A DNA stretch of 64,000 nt from an uncultured Chloroflexia bacterium (GCA_963752475.1 CAVVYR010000006.1:64001-128000), one strand, 5' to 3'; shown: positions 36,598 to 48,864, counted from the stretch's first letter. Notes: generated by a model not told the origin, from the sequence alone. Numbers and translations: made by a program.

Positions 36598-39500
36598 ATG
36601 ACCGACGACCAGCGGCCGGATATGGAGTGGCCGAGCGAGGACCTGGCGCGGTCGCCCGACAAGCCTGAGCCCAGGCCCGAGGTCGAATGGCCCAGCGAGG
36701 ACCTGGCCAAGGCCTCGAAGGCCCAGCCCGAACCCCCTGCTCCCACACCTGAGCCTGCCCCACCAGCGCCCGAGCCTGCCCCTCCAGCGCCGGAGCCCGC
36801 CCCTCCAGCACGCGAACCGGCTCCGCCCGTGCCCCCGACGCCCCCGCCCCCTGAGCCTCCGCCCGTTGCCCCTGCGCCGGCCGCCCCAGCGCCTCAGCCC
36901 CTGACCCCTGCGCCGCCGCCCGCCGCGCCCGAGCCCACGCCGGCTGCAGCCGAACCCCCGCCCGTCACGCCCGAGCCGGCCGCCCCCGTGCCGCCACCCG
37001 CTGAGCCGGCCGCCCCGTGCCGCCACCCGCTGAGCCCGTGATCCCGGCCCAGCCGACGTGGAACGAGACACCACCACCAGCTCCACCGGCGGAACAGCCG
37101 CCCGTCACGCCCCAGCCGGCCACACCTGAACCTCAGGTCCCCGCCTTCCAGCCGCCGGTCTCCCCCCAGCCCACCACGCCCGACCCCCAGGTCCCGGCCT
37201 TCCAGCCGCCTCCTGAGCCCGCTGCGCCGGCGGAGGAGAACCCGTGGGACAACCGGCCGAACCAGACGCCACCCGACCCGTTCGACATCCCGCCGAGCGG
37301 ACCACAGCAGGATCCCTACGACATCCCGCCGAGCGGGCCCCAGGATGGTGCCTACACTCCGCCGCCGGAGTACCAGCAGCTGCCCGGCGAGAACCCGTAC
37401 GCCGCGCCCCCGCCCTACGGTCAGCAAACGTACGAGAGTCCCTACGGCCAGGCGCCTGCCCCGCCAGCGCCGGTCGACCCCGGGCCGTTCGCGGTGGCCG
37501 GCATGACCGCTCCCGCCGAGACCGGTCCGGTCGAGACGGAAGACCGCACCGAAGGCGACAAGCCCCACTTCCGCCGGGACATCGAGGGCCTGCGCGCCAT
37601 CGCCGTGCTGGCGGTGCTGCTGTTCCACGTCGGCGTGCCCTACTTCGACGGCGGCTTCGTGGGTGTCGACGTCTTCTACGTCATCTCCGGCTTCCTCATC
37701 ACCGGCCTGCTGCTGCGAGAAGGGGAGCAGACCGGCAAGGTCGACCTGCTCCGCTTCTACGCCCGACGCATGCGGCGCCTGCTGCCGGCAGCGCTGCTGG
37801 TCATCATCGTCACGCTGGTCCTCTCAGCGTTCATCGTCTCGCCGCTGCGGCTGACCGAGATCGCCGGCGATGCCGCGGCTTCGGCCCTCTATGTGGCCAA
37901 CTTCCGCTTCGCGCTCGAAGCGACCGACTATCTCGCCACCGCCGCGCCCTCGCCGTTGCTCCACTTCTGGACGCTCGGCGTGGAGGAGCAGTTCTACCTC
38001 GTCTGGCCGCTGATCCTGCTGCTGGTCGTCCGCTTCCTGCCCGGTCGCCTCGTGGGGCTCTTCATCCTCATCCTCGCGATCGTCTCGTTCGTGATCTCGT
38101 TCGTGTGGACGACGTCGCTTCCCGAGTGGGCTTTCTACTCACCGGTGACCCGGGCCTGGGAGCTCGCTGCGGGCGCCCTCATCGCCATCGGCCTGCTGCG
38201 CATCCCGGCGCGGGTGCCGCGCATCGCGGCCAGCATCGCGGTCGCGCTGGGCCTGCTGCTCATCGCCGGCTCGGTCCTGCTCGGCGGGGTCCTGGCCGAG
38301 CTAGGGATCGGCGGCGAGATCGCCAACGCCCTCTTCGCCACGCCGGACACCCCCTTCCCAGGCGTCGCCGCGATCCTGCCGGTCGCCGGCACGGCCCTGG
38401 TCATCATGGGCGGCAGCCACAGCCGCACGCTCATCAGCCGCTTCCTGCTGGGCAACCCGCTCAGCCGGTATCTCGGTCGTATCAGCTACTCGCTGTACCT
38501 GTGGCATTGGCCCATCCTCATCCTCGTGCCCATCCAGCTGGGTGTCGACGACCTGGCCACGCGGCTGATCCTGGCTGGTGTCGCAATCGTCCTGGCCATC
38601 CTCAGCACCGAGCTGTGGGAGCGGCCCTGGCGCAAGTCCGGCGCGCTCGAGAAGCGGACCGGCGGCACCATCCGCCTGGGCCTCGTGGGCTCGGTCGGCG
38701 TGGGCGTGACGGCGCTCTTCATGAGCGGCGCCATCGTGCTGCCCTCGAACATCGAGCTGCCCTGGATCCAGCCATCCAAGGTCGTGGCCGAGCTGGCCGG
38801 CGTGCGCGAGGACCTGCCTGCACACGTCGACGACGGCTGCCACCTGCTGAACTATCGTCAGCAGAGGCTCAAGACCGGCTGCGTCTACGGCGACCCCGAT
38901 GGCGATCAGACGGCCATGCTCATCGGCGACTCGCATGCCGCGCAGTGGATGCCCGCGCTGGACACCTATGCCCGGGAGCAGGGCTGGCGGCTGGAGACCT
39001 ACACCAAGGCCGCCTGCGCGGTCATCGACGTGCCCGTCTGGGAACGGTCGCAGCGCAGCGTCTTCGAGCAGTGCCTCAACTGGCGGGACAAGGTGCTCAA
39101 GCACGTCCGTGAGACCAGGCCGGACGTCGTCTTCGTGGGGCTCTCCCGCGACTACGACCTGCAGAACGGCACCGACGTCATCCAGTCGCAGGACGCCACC
39201 AACTACTGGCGCGAGCAACTCACGGCGTACCTCGAGACCATCGGCAGGCCGGCCGGTGAGGTCGTGCTCCTGGCCGAGACGCCCTTCTTCCCGTTCGACC
39301 CCGTGGACTGCCTGGCCGATCCCGACATCGCCAACTGCGACCCCTCGACCTCGATCGTGGTCGATGAGGAGTACGCGGCGCTGGAGCGGCGTGCGGCGAA
39401 CGCGTCGGGCGCCGAGCTTCTGTCGATCAACGAGATCCTGTGTCCCGATGGCACATGCCCCGTGGTGGCCGACGACATCGTCGTCTTCCGTGACAACCAC

Positions 39501-39626
39501 CACGTGACCGCGACGTTCATGGAGCACCTGGCCGAGCCCATCGGCAACCTGCTCGAGGGCAAGCCGGCGTATCCGACCCCGGTGCCGACGCTGACGCCCG
39601 CGACGGCCGAGCCCGCCTCTTCCTGA
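36598..39626 (+). CDS. Acyltransferase-3 plus SGNH O-acetyltransferase (OafA/YrhL type) with a long Pro-rich N-terminal extension; one frameshift near 37015
   Basis: FRRDIEGLRAIAV, GGFVGVDVF, HFWTLGVEEQFY, ISYSLYLWHWP, IGDSHA, RDNHH; the upstream ORF 36598-37041 joins through a C-run indel. Confidence 0.9.
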
Positions 39627-39832
39627 CACCCCGGGGCCACTCCCTCCCGGACCCTCGCGTTGGCTCGCCCAACCCCTCCGACCGCACCCCTGCGTACCGC
39701 ATCAGCTGAAACTCGATTCGGGCTCGAGTCGGGTCTGGTGTAGTTGCTGATGGTTCCGTATCCCACCCGGGTCATCCCCGGTGGTACCCGCGTGTGGGAG
39801 TCGGCCCAGCCCGTGCTGGGGACAGTCGGGAC

Positions 39833-40717
39833 ATGCCCGCATTCCGAACCATCTCCGTCAACCGAGTGGCCGTGGCAGCGCTCGTTGCGGCGATGCTTCT
39901 TGCACTCGTTCCTGCCACAACGATGGCCGGTGTCAACGACGCGCCCAAGGCCGTCCGCGAGGCCGAGTGGGAGGTCCTCGGGGCGATCAACCACTATCGC
40001 GTCAGCCGTGGCCTGGCCCCGGTGCGCATGGCTCAGCAGGCCCGCCTGGTCGCCCGCGATCGCTCGCAGGACATGGCCGCCAGCGGCACGCTCAGTCACT
40101 CCTCGCCCAACGGCCGCGACGCCGCCAGCCTCCTGGCCAGGCGCAACGTGAAGTACCAGGCGGGTGCCGAGAACATCGGCCGCGCCACGTTCGTCGACTG
40201 GGACAGCGCCACCAAGGCCATCATGTACGGCTGGAAGGGCAGCTCCAGCCACAACGCGACCATCCTCAGCGGGAAATACAACTACGTCGGCATCGGCGTG
40301 GCCCGCGGTGGCAAGTACGCCTACTTCACGACCATCTTTCTGAAGCAGAAGGACCACACCGCACCGCGCGCCGGTTTCGTGGAGCCGAAGGACCAGGCTG
40401 CGCCGCACTCCGGCATGGTCGCGGCCTCGACCGGCAAGACGGTGGCAGCCCGACAGGACGGCAAGAAGCGCGTGACCATCCGCTGGTGGGGCCGCGATCC
40501 CAAGATCGCCACGCGCCACTCGGGCATCAAGCGGTTCGTCCTCCAGCACAAGCGTGTCGGTGGCGACAAGGGCTGGGTCACGATCAAGAAGAACACGCTC
40601 TCGCACAAGCTGACGCTGACCTTGACCGAGGGTCGGCACAAGTTCCGCGTCCGCGCCATCGACCGCGCCGGCAACGTCGGCAAGTGGCACCGACCGCTGG
40701 TCGTCCGCGTCACCTAG
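39833..40717 (+). CDS. Secreted CAP/SCP-domain protein with C-terminal Ig/FN3-like domain
   Basis: INHYR...GL, SQDMA...LSH, AENI, WKGSSSHNATIL, VGIG; FRVRAIDRAGN. Confidence 0.88.
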   Translation: MPAFRTISVNRVAVAALVAAMLLALVPATTMAGVNDAPKAVREAEWEVLGAINHYRVSRGLAPVRMAQQARLVARDRSQDMAASGTLSHSSPNGRDAASLLARRNVKYQAGAENIGRATFVDWDSATKAIMYGWKGSSSHNATILSGKYNYVGIGVARGGKYAYFTTIFLKQKDHTAPRAGFVEPKDQAAPHSGMVAASTGKTVAARQDGKKRVTIRWWGRDPKIATRHSGIKRFVLQHKRVGGDKGWVTIKKNTLSHKLTLTLTEGRHKFRVRAIDRAGNVGKWHRPLVVRVT

Positions 40718-40736
40718 ATCATCGACACTGCCACCT

Positions 40737-40771
40737 GAAACGCCGGGCCACGTCCACTGGCCCGGCGTTTC
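40737..40771 (+). terminator. Intrinsic terminator-like hairpin after the CAP gene
   Basis: 14-bp stem GAAACGCCGGGCCA / TGGCCCGGCGTTTC. Confidence 0.75.
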
Positions 40772-40819
40772 GAATTCGGGCTTTCGATGCGCTGGTCCGG
40801 CCGAGGTACTGCCGCTTTC

Positions 40820-41122
40820 GTAGTCACGCGTCGTCCCTATCGACGCTTGGCCGACACGTAGCCACTCCCGGTCGCTTGAGCGGAGCCAGATAGCGCCCGA
40901 CGCGGCCCGGATCGGCGCCCTGGGGCCTCGACGGTAGTCATCTGTCGCCCTGGTCGACGCTACCGACCCGCCGCTCGGATATGGTCGGCTGAGGCGACAC
41001 CTGGCCATCGAGGATCCCCCGATCAAGCCGATACCGTCGCCCCCATCGACGACTGACCACGACGACCTGCCGAGCGGCGACGATCCGTTGGACTACCGTC
41101 GACCCGGACGACATCCGGCCAC
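40820..41122. repeat. Cluster D of the GTCG-N7-CGAC motif (two +, three -)
   Basis: Cores at 40830, 40944 (+) and 40984, 41036, 41098 (-). Confidence 0.75.
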
Positions 41123-41165
41123 AAGCCGAGGCACCCAGCCTGGAAGCCGCGGTACCCAGCCCGGG

Positions 41166-41724
41166 TCAGGCTCGAAGGCGGGCGATAGCTCCGCGGAACG
41201 CGGCCATGACGTCGGGTCCGCGGAGCACCCAGATGATGTCCTCGATGCCGCTGGCGGGATGTGTGCTGAGCCACTCGCGCACGGCGCCGACCGATTCCCG
41301 AGCGGCCTGGTCGAGCGGGTAGCCATAGATGCCGCAGCTGATGGCTGAGAACGCGACGGTCTGATCGCCGGCTTCGGTCACTCGGTCGAGCGAACTCGAG
41401 TAGGCGCCACGAAGCAGGGCCGCTTCATCGTGGTCGCCGCCCCGCCAGATGGGCCCTACCGCATGGACGATGTGACGAGCCGGCAGGTTCCCTGCGCCGG
41501 TGATGACGGCCGAGCCGGTGGGGCAGCCGTCGTAGCGCTCGCGCAGCTCGGCCATGACCGCTGGGACCGGCCGCGGCGTGGATAGCCCCATCGACGCCGC
41601 CACCACCGGCGAGAGCACTATTGGCCGCGTTGACGACGGCATCCACACTGACCTGCGTGATGTCGCCTGCCAGTAGACGTACACGCGTGCCGTGCCACCG
41701 TGCGTCCGGGTTCTCGCCTTCCAT
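41166..41724 (-). CDS. Macro-domain O-acetyl-ADP-ribose deacetylase (YmdB-like), one frameshift near 41565
   Basis: [24 protein letters not shown], then [29 protein letters not shown] in another frame. Confidence 0.88.
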
Positions 41725-41760
41725 CTGCCCAGTCTCGCGGCTCGTCACGCCCGGAGGCAA

Positions 41761-44087
41761 GTGGTGACGCGCCCGGTCGAGGGCTCGAGCACGACCGAAC
41801 GCCCGCCTCTGCTGCCGCTGCTCGGCTGGCTGCTGTTCGTGGTCCTGGTCGTGTACGCGCTCACGGTCGGAGGCGCCTACGGCGGCATCAGCGATGTCGA
41901 CCGGCGGATCGTGAGCCTCGGCCTGATCGGCGTCACGCTGGCTGGCTGGGCGATTCTTGCCCTGCTCCGCCCCGAGTGGCGTCCGGGCACCGCGATCTGG
42001 CCCGCGCTCGTGGCGCCGCTCGTGGCCATGGTCGTGAGCCTCCTGCTGGCCGAGTTCCCGCGCCTGGGGATCGAGTACGTCGCCTGGGCCTTCCTGCTGG
42101 TGGCGATCTACCTGCTGCTGGTGCGGATCCTGCGGACCGAGTTCGCGCGGCGACGGATCGGCGGCCTGGCGCTGGTGCTCGGGCTCGTGGTCGGAGCGGC
42201 CTACCTGGGCTTCGTCCTGCTGTACTGGGTCGAGTGGTGGGACCTGCTGGGGCGCTTCGAGATGCCGCCGCTGCGACCGAAGATGTCCGCCATGCCCCTC
42301 GGGTTGAACGTGCCCAACGTCGTGGCCTCCGTGATGGTGCTGCTGACCGTCCTGGCTGCGGCCGGGCTCGGCCTCGGCTCGCGTGGCCGACAGGTGAGCC
42401 TGGTGCTCCTCGCTGGGCATCGCCGCCGCGGTGGTGCTCGTCACGCGGCAGCCGTTCGTCGTGGCTCGGGCTGGGAGGCGCCCTCGTGCTCGTGGGTGGG
42501 CTGTGGCTGCTGGCGAACCGAAGCCGGTTCCTCCGCGGGACGCCTCGGTCGACGCGGCATCGCGCTGCTGGGCGGCGGCGCGGGCGCCGTCGTGGTCGCG
42601 GCCCTGGTGCTGGGGCCGACCCTGCTCGACCGATTGCTCAACTCCGGTGATGGCGGCCGGCCCTCGTACTGGGCTGCGGCCTGGAGGATGTTCGAGGACG
42701 CCCCGCTCACCGGGCTGGGACCTGGTGCCTGGGCCGCTCGGCGGCTGGCGTACCTGGAATCCGGCGAGGTCGACTTCTCCGTGCCTCATGCCCACAACGT
42801 CTACCTGCAGACTGCCGCTGAGCTTGGCGTGGTCGGACTCGCCGCGGGTGTGATCGCAGGACTGGCGGTCGGCTGGCTCATCTATCGGGCGCTGCGCTCC
42901 GGCGACGGACTCCGGACGACATGGGCCTGGGCGGTGCTGTTCGGGGCGACCTACCTCGCCGTGGTCGAACGTCGTCGACTTCTACGCCAACCTTCCGGGC
43001 GTGCTGATGCTCTGGATCATCCCGCTGGCCATGCTCGACGGGCTAGCCACGAGGGGCATCGGCGTGCCACGCAGCCTGGCCGTTGCGGCCACCGGTCGGG
43101 GGGCGAGCGTCTTGCTGGCGATCGCGTGCGCCGGCTCCATCGCGCGTCCTCGGGATGGCCGAATCGAGTGCCTTGACCCTCGATGTCGCCACGAGGGCAG
43201 CCAATGAAGGCGACTGGGACCGCGTCGGATGCGGCCGCGAGCGCTGCCGAGAGCGACGCGCATCCCGGCCATGACCTGATGGTCGCCTGACCGCGATGCA
43301 GGCGGAGGACTGGGACACGGCCATCGAGCACTACGAGCGGTCGCTCGAGGTGGACGACCTGCCGCACGCGTGGCTGGGGCTGGCCCTGGCCACCATGGAG
43401 ACCGGCGGCAGTGAGGACGAGGTCGTTGCCTATCTCGAGCGAGCGATGCGCATGGGCGGCAGGACGCGGCCGTGGCGGTGGCGGTCGCAGACGTCTACGA
43501 GCGTCTCGGGTGGACGGACGCGGCCGAGGACGCGTTGGCTACCGCGATCCTGCACCAGCCGGCGCTCGCGGGCGACCCGACGTGTCGGACGCTGGACGCC
43601 GTCGATGCGGCGATCGAGCGCGCTGGCGATCGGTGGCTGGCGATCGCGCTCGCGGCCGGTGATGTCGAGCGGGCACGCAGCCTGGCAGAGGCGGCCGGTG
43701 CCAGCGCACCTCACGCTCGACATCATCGACGCCTGGGGCGGGGATGCGGCGGCACTCGCGCGCGTGCAGGAAGCGGCGCTGGCCGACCCGACTGGCACGG
43801 GGACTGCTCTCGACCGCGTCGAGGCTGAGCGACCAGGGCAGGGGACGAGGACCAGGCGACCGCTTCCGGGAGCTGGCGCTCTACCGCAAAGAGGGCGGGG
43901 CGTACGTCGGGGCTACCGTTGCGAGGTCGCCGACACGTGTGAGCCGGGCACCGAGGCGCCGTCGCGCACGGAGCTTCACGGGCTGTGGGCCTACCGCCGT
44001 GACCTGCCTCGGCAGCTGCTGCCTCGCGGCGTGCCGTGTCGCTGCTCGCTGACCGATGTCGAGTATGCTCGACCCGTAGCGGCGTAG
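41761..44087 (+). CDS. O-antigen ligase-like membrane protein with TPR-like tail, multiple frameshifts
   Basis: [42 protein letters not shown] spread across frames. Confidence 0.75.
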
Positions 44088-44170
44088 CAGCACGGACTCC
44101 CACCGCGAACTGCACTAGACCCTACGTACCATTGCCAGAACGCACCACTTCTCCGTAGGGTGACTCGGAC

Positions 44171-45573
44171 ATGATCCGGCGCCACATCCTCGGCCCTGCG
44201 TGCCCTGCTGATGCTCACCGACGGCCTGCTGGCCGCGGTCGTGCTTGCTGCTGCTGTCTCGCGCTGCGCTTCGGCGAGGACTGGGCCGTCTGGTGGCGGG
44301 AGATCATCCCCAACGCGGAGGCCCTGCTCCTCTTCTACGCCGTAGGCTGGGTCGTGGCCCTCGCGCTCAACGGCATGTACCGGCCGCGCGCGCGCTGGTC
44401 GATCCGCTCGGAGGCCTGGGACCTGGTCCGTGCGACCGTGCTCATGGCCGTGGCCACGTTCGCGGTGCTCTTCTGGTTCAAGCTGCCGGACGTCAGCCGT
44501 CTCTTCCTGGTGTTGCTCTTCCCGACCCAGTACGTCGTCACGCTCGTCACCCGCGCCGTCCTGCGCCTGGCGTTCCGTCAGCCACGTGCAGGCGGTCGCA
44601 ACGAGCGCTACGTGCTGGTCGTGGGCGCCGGGCCCGCGTGGCCAGGCCTTCGCCGCCACCATCGAGAGCCACGCGGAGCTGGGCCTGAAGGTCGTCGGCC
44701 TGCTCGACGACGAGCCCGACTACGCCGAGGGCGCGTCGTGGCCGTGGCTCGGGCAAGCTCGAGGACCTGGAGCGGGTCATGGCCGACAACGTCATCGACG
44801 AGGTCGCCATCTGCCTGCCCTTCAGCCAGTGGGAGTACCTCGATGGCATCGCCTACGCGGCGGAGGAGGCGGGCAAGATCGTGCGCGTGCCCATGGACGT
44901 GCTGCAGCACCCATTCGCGCAGGGCAAGGTCGAGGATCTCGAGGGCACGCCGGTCTACTCGCTGGTCTCCGGCCCCGATCGCACGCTGGCGCTGTGGGCC
45001 AAGCGCGGCATCGACATCTTCGTCGCGGCCGTCGGGCTGGTCGTGCTCTCGCCGCTGTTCGCCGTCGTCGGCTGGTCCGTGCGGCGCGACGGGGGGCCGG
45101 CGCTGTTCCGGCAGACGCGCGTGGGGCTCCACGGACGGCCGTTCGAGATCGTCAAGTTCCGCTCGATGGCCATCGATGCCGAGGAGCGCCTGGCTGAGCT
45201 CGAGGCGCAGAACGAGCTGGAGGGCCACGCCTTCAAGATGACCGACGATCCGCGCATCACGCCCATCGGGCGGACCATCCGCCGCTGGTCGATCGATGAG
45301 CTGCCGCAGCTGTGGAACGTGCTGCGTGGTGACATGTCGCTCGTGGGGCCGCGGCCGCCGCTCGCGTCCGAGGTCAGCGACTACGACCTGTGGCATCGGC
45401 GCCGGCTGAGCATGAAGCCCGGCATCACCGGCCTGTGGCAGGTCCGCTCGCGCCAGGAGACGCTCTTCGACAAGTGGGTCGAGGACGACCTCGAGTACAT
45501 CGACCGCTGGTGCCTGTGGCTCGACCTGCAGATCCTGGTGCGGACGATCCCCGCAGCACTGGAGGGACGTTGA
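44171..45573 (+). CDS. Priming undecaprenyl-phosphate sugar phosphotransferase (WcaJ-like), frameshifted
   Basis: KRGIDI, FRQTRVG..GRPF...KFRSM, DDPRIT, SIDELPQLWNVLRGDMSLVGPRP, KPGITGLWQV. Confidence 0.9.
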
Positions 45574-46610
45574 GCACCAAGAAGGCCCTCGATCACGGGC
45601 ATCACCGGGCAGGACGGCTCGTACCTGGCCGAGTTGCTGCTGGCGAAGGGCTACGAGGTCCACGGCATGATCCGCCGCTCGAGCTCGTTCAACACCGGGC
45701 GGATCGACCACATCTACCAGGACCCGCACGAGCGGGACGTCGCGGCTGCGCCTGCACTACGGCGACCTGACCGACGCAGTCGTCGCTGATCGAGCCATCC
45801 TGCACGACGGTCCAGCCGGACGAGGTCTACAACCTCGGCGCGCAGAGCCACGTCAGGGTCAGCTTCGAGATGCCCGAGTACACGGCCGAGTCGGCGGGCT
45901 GGGCACGCTGCGGCTGCTGGAGGCGATCCGCGACGGCCGGACTGGCCGATCCGCTTCTACCAGGCCGTCGCTCAGCGAGATGTTCGGCAAGGTGCGTCGG
46001 AGATCGCCGCAGACCGAGACGACGCCCTTCTACCCGCGCAGCCCCTACGCCGCGGCCAAGGTGTTCGCGCTACTACATCACGCGTGAACTACCGCGAGGC
46101 CTACGGCATGTTCGCCTGCAACGGCATCCTGTTCAACCACGAGTCGCCGCGGCGCGGCGAGACGTTCGTCACGCGCAAGATCACCCGCGGCGCGCCGCGC
46201 ATCAAGGCCGGGCCTGCAGGACAAGCTCTACCTGGGCAACCTCGACGCGCAGCGCGACTGGGGCTATCGCCGGCGACTACGTCGAGGCCATGTGGCTGAT
46301 GCTGCAGCAGGACGAGCCCGACGACTACGTCATCGCCACCGGCGAGACGCACTCGGTGCGCGAGTTCGTCGAGGTCGGCCTTCGGCCATCGTCGGCCTCG
46401 ACTGGCAGCGACTACGTCGAGATCGACCCGCGCTACTTCCGGCCGACCGAGGTCGACGTGCTGCTCGGGCGACGCCACCAAGGCGCGAGCGAAGCTCGGG
46501 CTGGGAGCCGCAGGTCGACGTTCGAGGAGCTGGTCGCGGATGATGGTCGACGCCGACCTGGCTGGCGAGGCCGGAGCATCGAGGCATGCGCGCCGACCAG
46601 CTGCGGGTGA
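45570..46610 (+). CDS. gmd: GDP-mannose 4,6-dehydratase, heavily frameshifted
   Basis: [65 protein letters not shown]. Confidence 0.9.
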
Positions 46611-46616
46611 CGCCTG

Positions 46617-47560
46617 ATGAGCGGATCTCTGCACGGCCGGCGGGTCGTGGTCACCGGCGGCGCCGGCTTCCTCGGCGCGCCGTCGTCGAGCGGCTGCGAG
46701 CCGGCCGGCGTGCGCCGACGTCTTCGTGCCGCGCATCGCGGACTACGACCTGCGCACGCGCGAGGGCGTCCGGCGCGCTGCTCGACGACGGCCGGCCGGA
46801 CGTCGTCATCCACCTGGCCGCCGTGGTCGGCGGCATCGGCGCCAACCGGGAGAACCCGGGCGCGTTCTTCTACGACAACCTGGTGATGGGCGCTCCACCT
46901 GATCGAGGAGGCCCGGCTCGCCGGCGTCGAGAAGTTCGTCTGCAGTCGGCACCATCTGCGCCTACCCGAAGTTCACGCCGGTGCCGTTCCGCGAGGACGA
47001 CCTCTGGAACGGCTACCCCGAGGAGACCAACGCGCCCTACGGCCTGGCCAAGAAGATGCTGCTGGTCAGGCCCAGGCCTACCGCGCAGCAGTACGGCTTC
47101 AACGGCATCTACCTGCTGCCGGTCAACCTCTACGGGCCCGGGCGACAACTTCGATCCCGCGTCGTCGCACGTGATCCCGGCGCTGATCCGGAAGTGCGTC
47201 GAGGCGCGCGAGGCCGGCGCCGACCACATCGACGTCTGGGGCACCGGCACCGCCACGCGCGAGTTCCTCTACGTCGACGACGCGGCCGAGGGCATCGTGC
47301 TGGCCGCCGAACGCTACGACGAGCCCGAACCGGTCAACCTCGGCCCGGCCGCGAGATCTCCATCAGCGACCTGGTGGAGCTCATCGCCGAGCTGACCGGG
47401 TTCGAGGGCGAGATCCTCTGGGATCCACCAAGCCCGACGGCCAGCCCCGCCGTGCCTCGACACCAGTCCGCGCCAAGGAGCGCTTCGGCTTCGAGGCAAG
47501 GACGTCCTTCGAGGAGGGCCTCCGCGGACGATCGACTGGTACGAGGTCCAGACATGGCGC
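46617..47560 (+). CDS. fcl: GDP-L-fucose synthase, heavily frameshifted
   Basis: VVTGGAGFLG, HLAAVVGGIGAN, GYPEETNAPYGLAKK, SSHVIPALIRK, WGTGTATREFLYVDD; end approximate. Confidence 0.88.
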
Positions 47561-47633
47561 AGGGCCGTGCCGGTAGTGGCCGTGCGCGCAGATCCATCCC
47601 GGTGAGCGCGCATCCCATCTCGATGGTTGGCGG

Positions 47634-48612
47634 ATGAGTGCCGCTCGGCAACTTCCGGCCATGGGCCTGTTGAGGCGAACCAGGAACCTCGTCACCTCTC
47701 CGGTCGAGCAAGCCCTGTACGGCCCCGTCACATCGGATGCAGACTACCCCGGCCGGATCGTCTCCGACGAGGCTGCCACCGATCTGATCGGTCGCAGTCT
47801 GCGGGCGGATGGTCCGCGTCTTATCGCACGCCCCGGAATTGTCGAAGCCAAGAGTCCCTGCAGCTATTGGTTGCGTTGGCGCGAACATGGGGCGAGCCGC
47901 GGTCGCCGTGGCTCCGAGCTGACAGTAATGCGACGCGCACGAACACAGGCTTCTTCCCGATCGACGGCGCCAGCCTTGACCGGTTCGCACGCGAGTACCT
48001 TGATGCAGTAGCGACGGCTGACGTCCTTGCGGTCTACCCGACGATGACGCGGGCGGCCCCTCATGTCGTTCGAACGCTACTGCCCATCGGCGGCAGTCAT
48101 TCACGGTGCTGCCCTCAACCCTCTGCAGCCGAACCCATGGTCAGCCGGCGCTGGAGGGCCAACGGGTTCTGGGTGGTGCACCCGTTCGCCAAGACCATCG
48201 AGCAGCAGTACCGAGAGCGACGCAGCCAGCTGTTCGACGACCCGCGCATGCTGCCGGAGTTCGACCTTCAAGTCCTGCCCGCCGTCCAGTCCATCGCCGG
48301 CAACGACGTCGACTTCGCATCCTGGTTCAGCGCGCTCGATCACATGTGCCAGCAGATGGACCGCCTCGACTACGACGTGGCGCTTGTGGGCGCTGGCGCC
48401 TATGGGTCAGGCTGGCCGCGCATGCCAAGGCAAGCGGCCGCAAGGGTATCCATGTCGGTGGGGCAACGCAGTTGCTGTTCGGCATCATCGGTCGCCGGTG
48501 GGAGGTCGAGTTCGACGATGTGGACAGGGTCTCCAACGAATGGTGGGTTCGGCCGGCCGCCGAAGAGACGCCACCCAACCACGACCGCGTCGAGCACGGC
48601 TGCTATTGGTAG
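47634..48612 (+). CDS. Conserved polysaccharide-locus hypothetical protein (GT-D-like), frameshifted
   Basis: NTGFFP, VVHPF, AVQSIAG, DYDVALVGAGAYG, HVGGATQLLFGIIGRRW, EHGCYW. Confidence 0.7.
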
Positions 48613-48864
48613 GAGGTGACTGTGATGGATCGGAGTGGACGGCCGTGGCCGTGGGTCCAGTTTCGAAGGAGGTTCCATGCGCGGTCGTTTGGCGTCGCTC
48701 AGGCTTCGTTGGTGACGAAACCGCTAGCCTGCACCGGACCTCTTGACGACTGTCCGAAGTGAAGTACGCGTTCGTCGGTGTTGGCTGCACAATCTCGCTG
48801 AGTCGATGTCTCTCCAGCGCGGGCCGGTTGGCGGCGGACCGCCGCTACTCCGGAGCATCATTGC

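Noticed and set aside
39700-39832. c-di-AMP or c-di-GMP riboswitch upstream of the CAP gene
   Set aside because: Hairpins are present, but I could not find the conserved riboswitch sequence motifs by eye.
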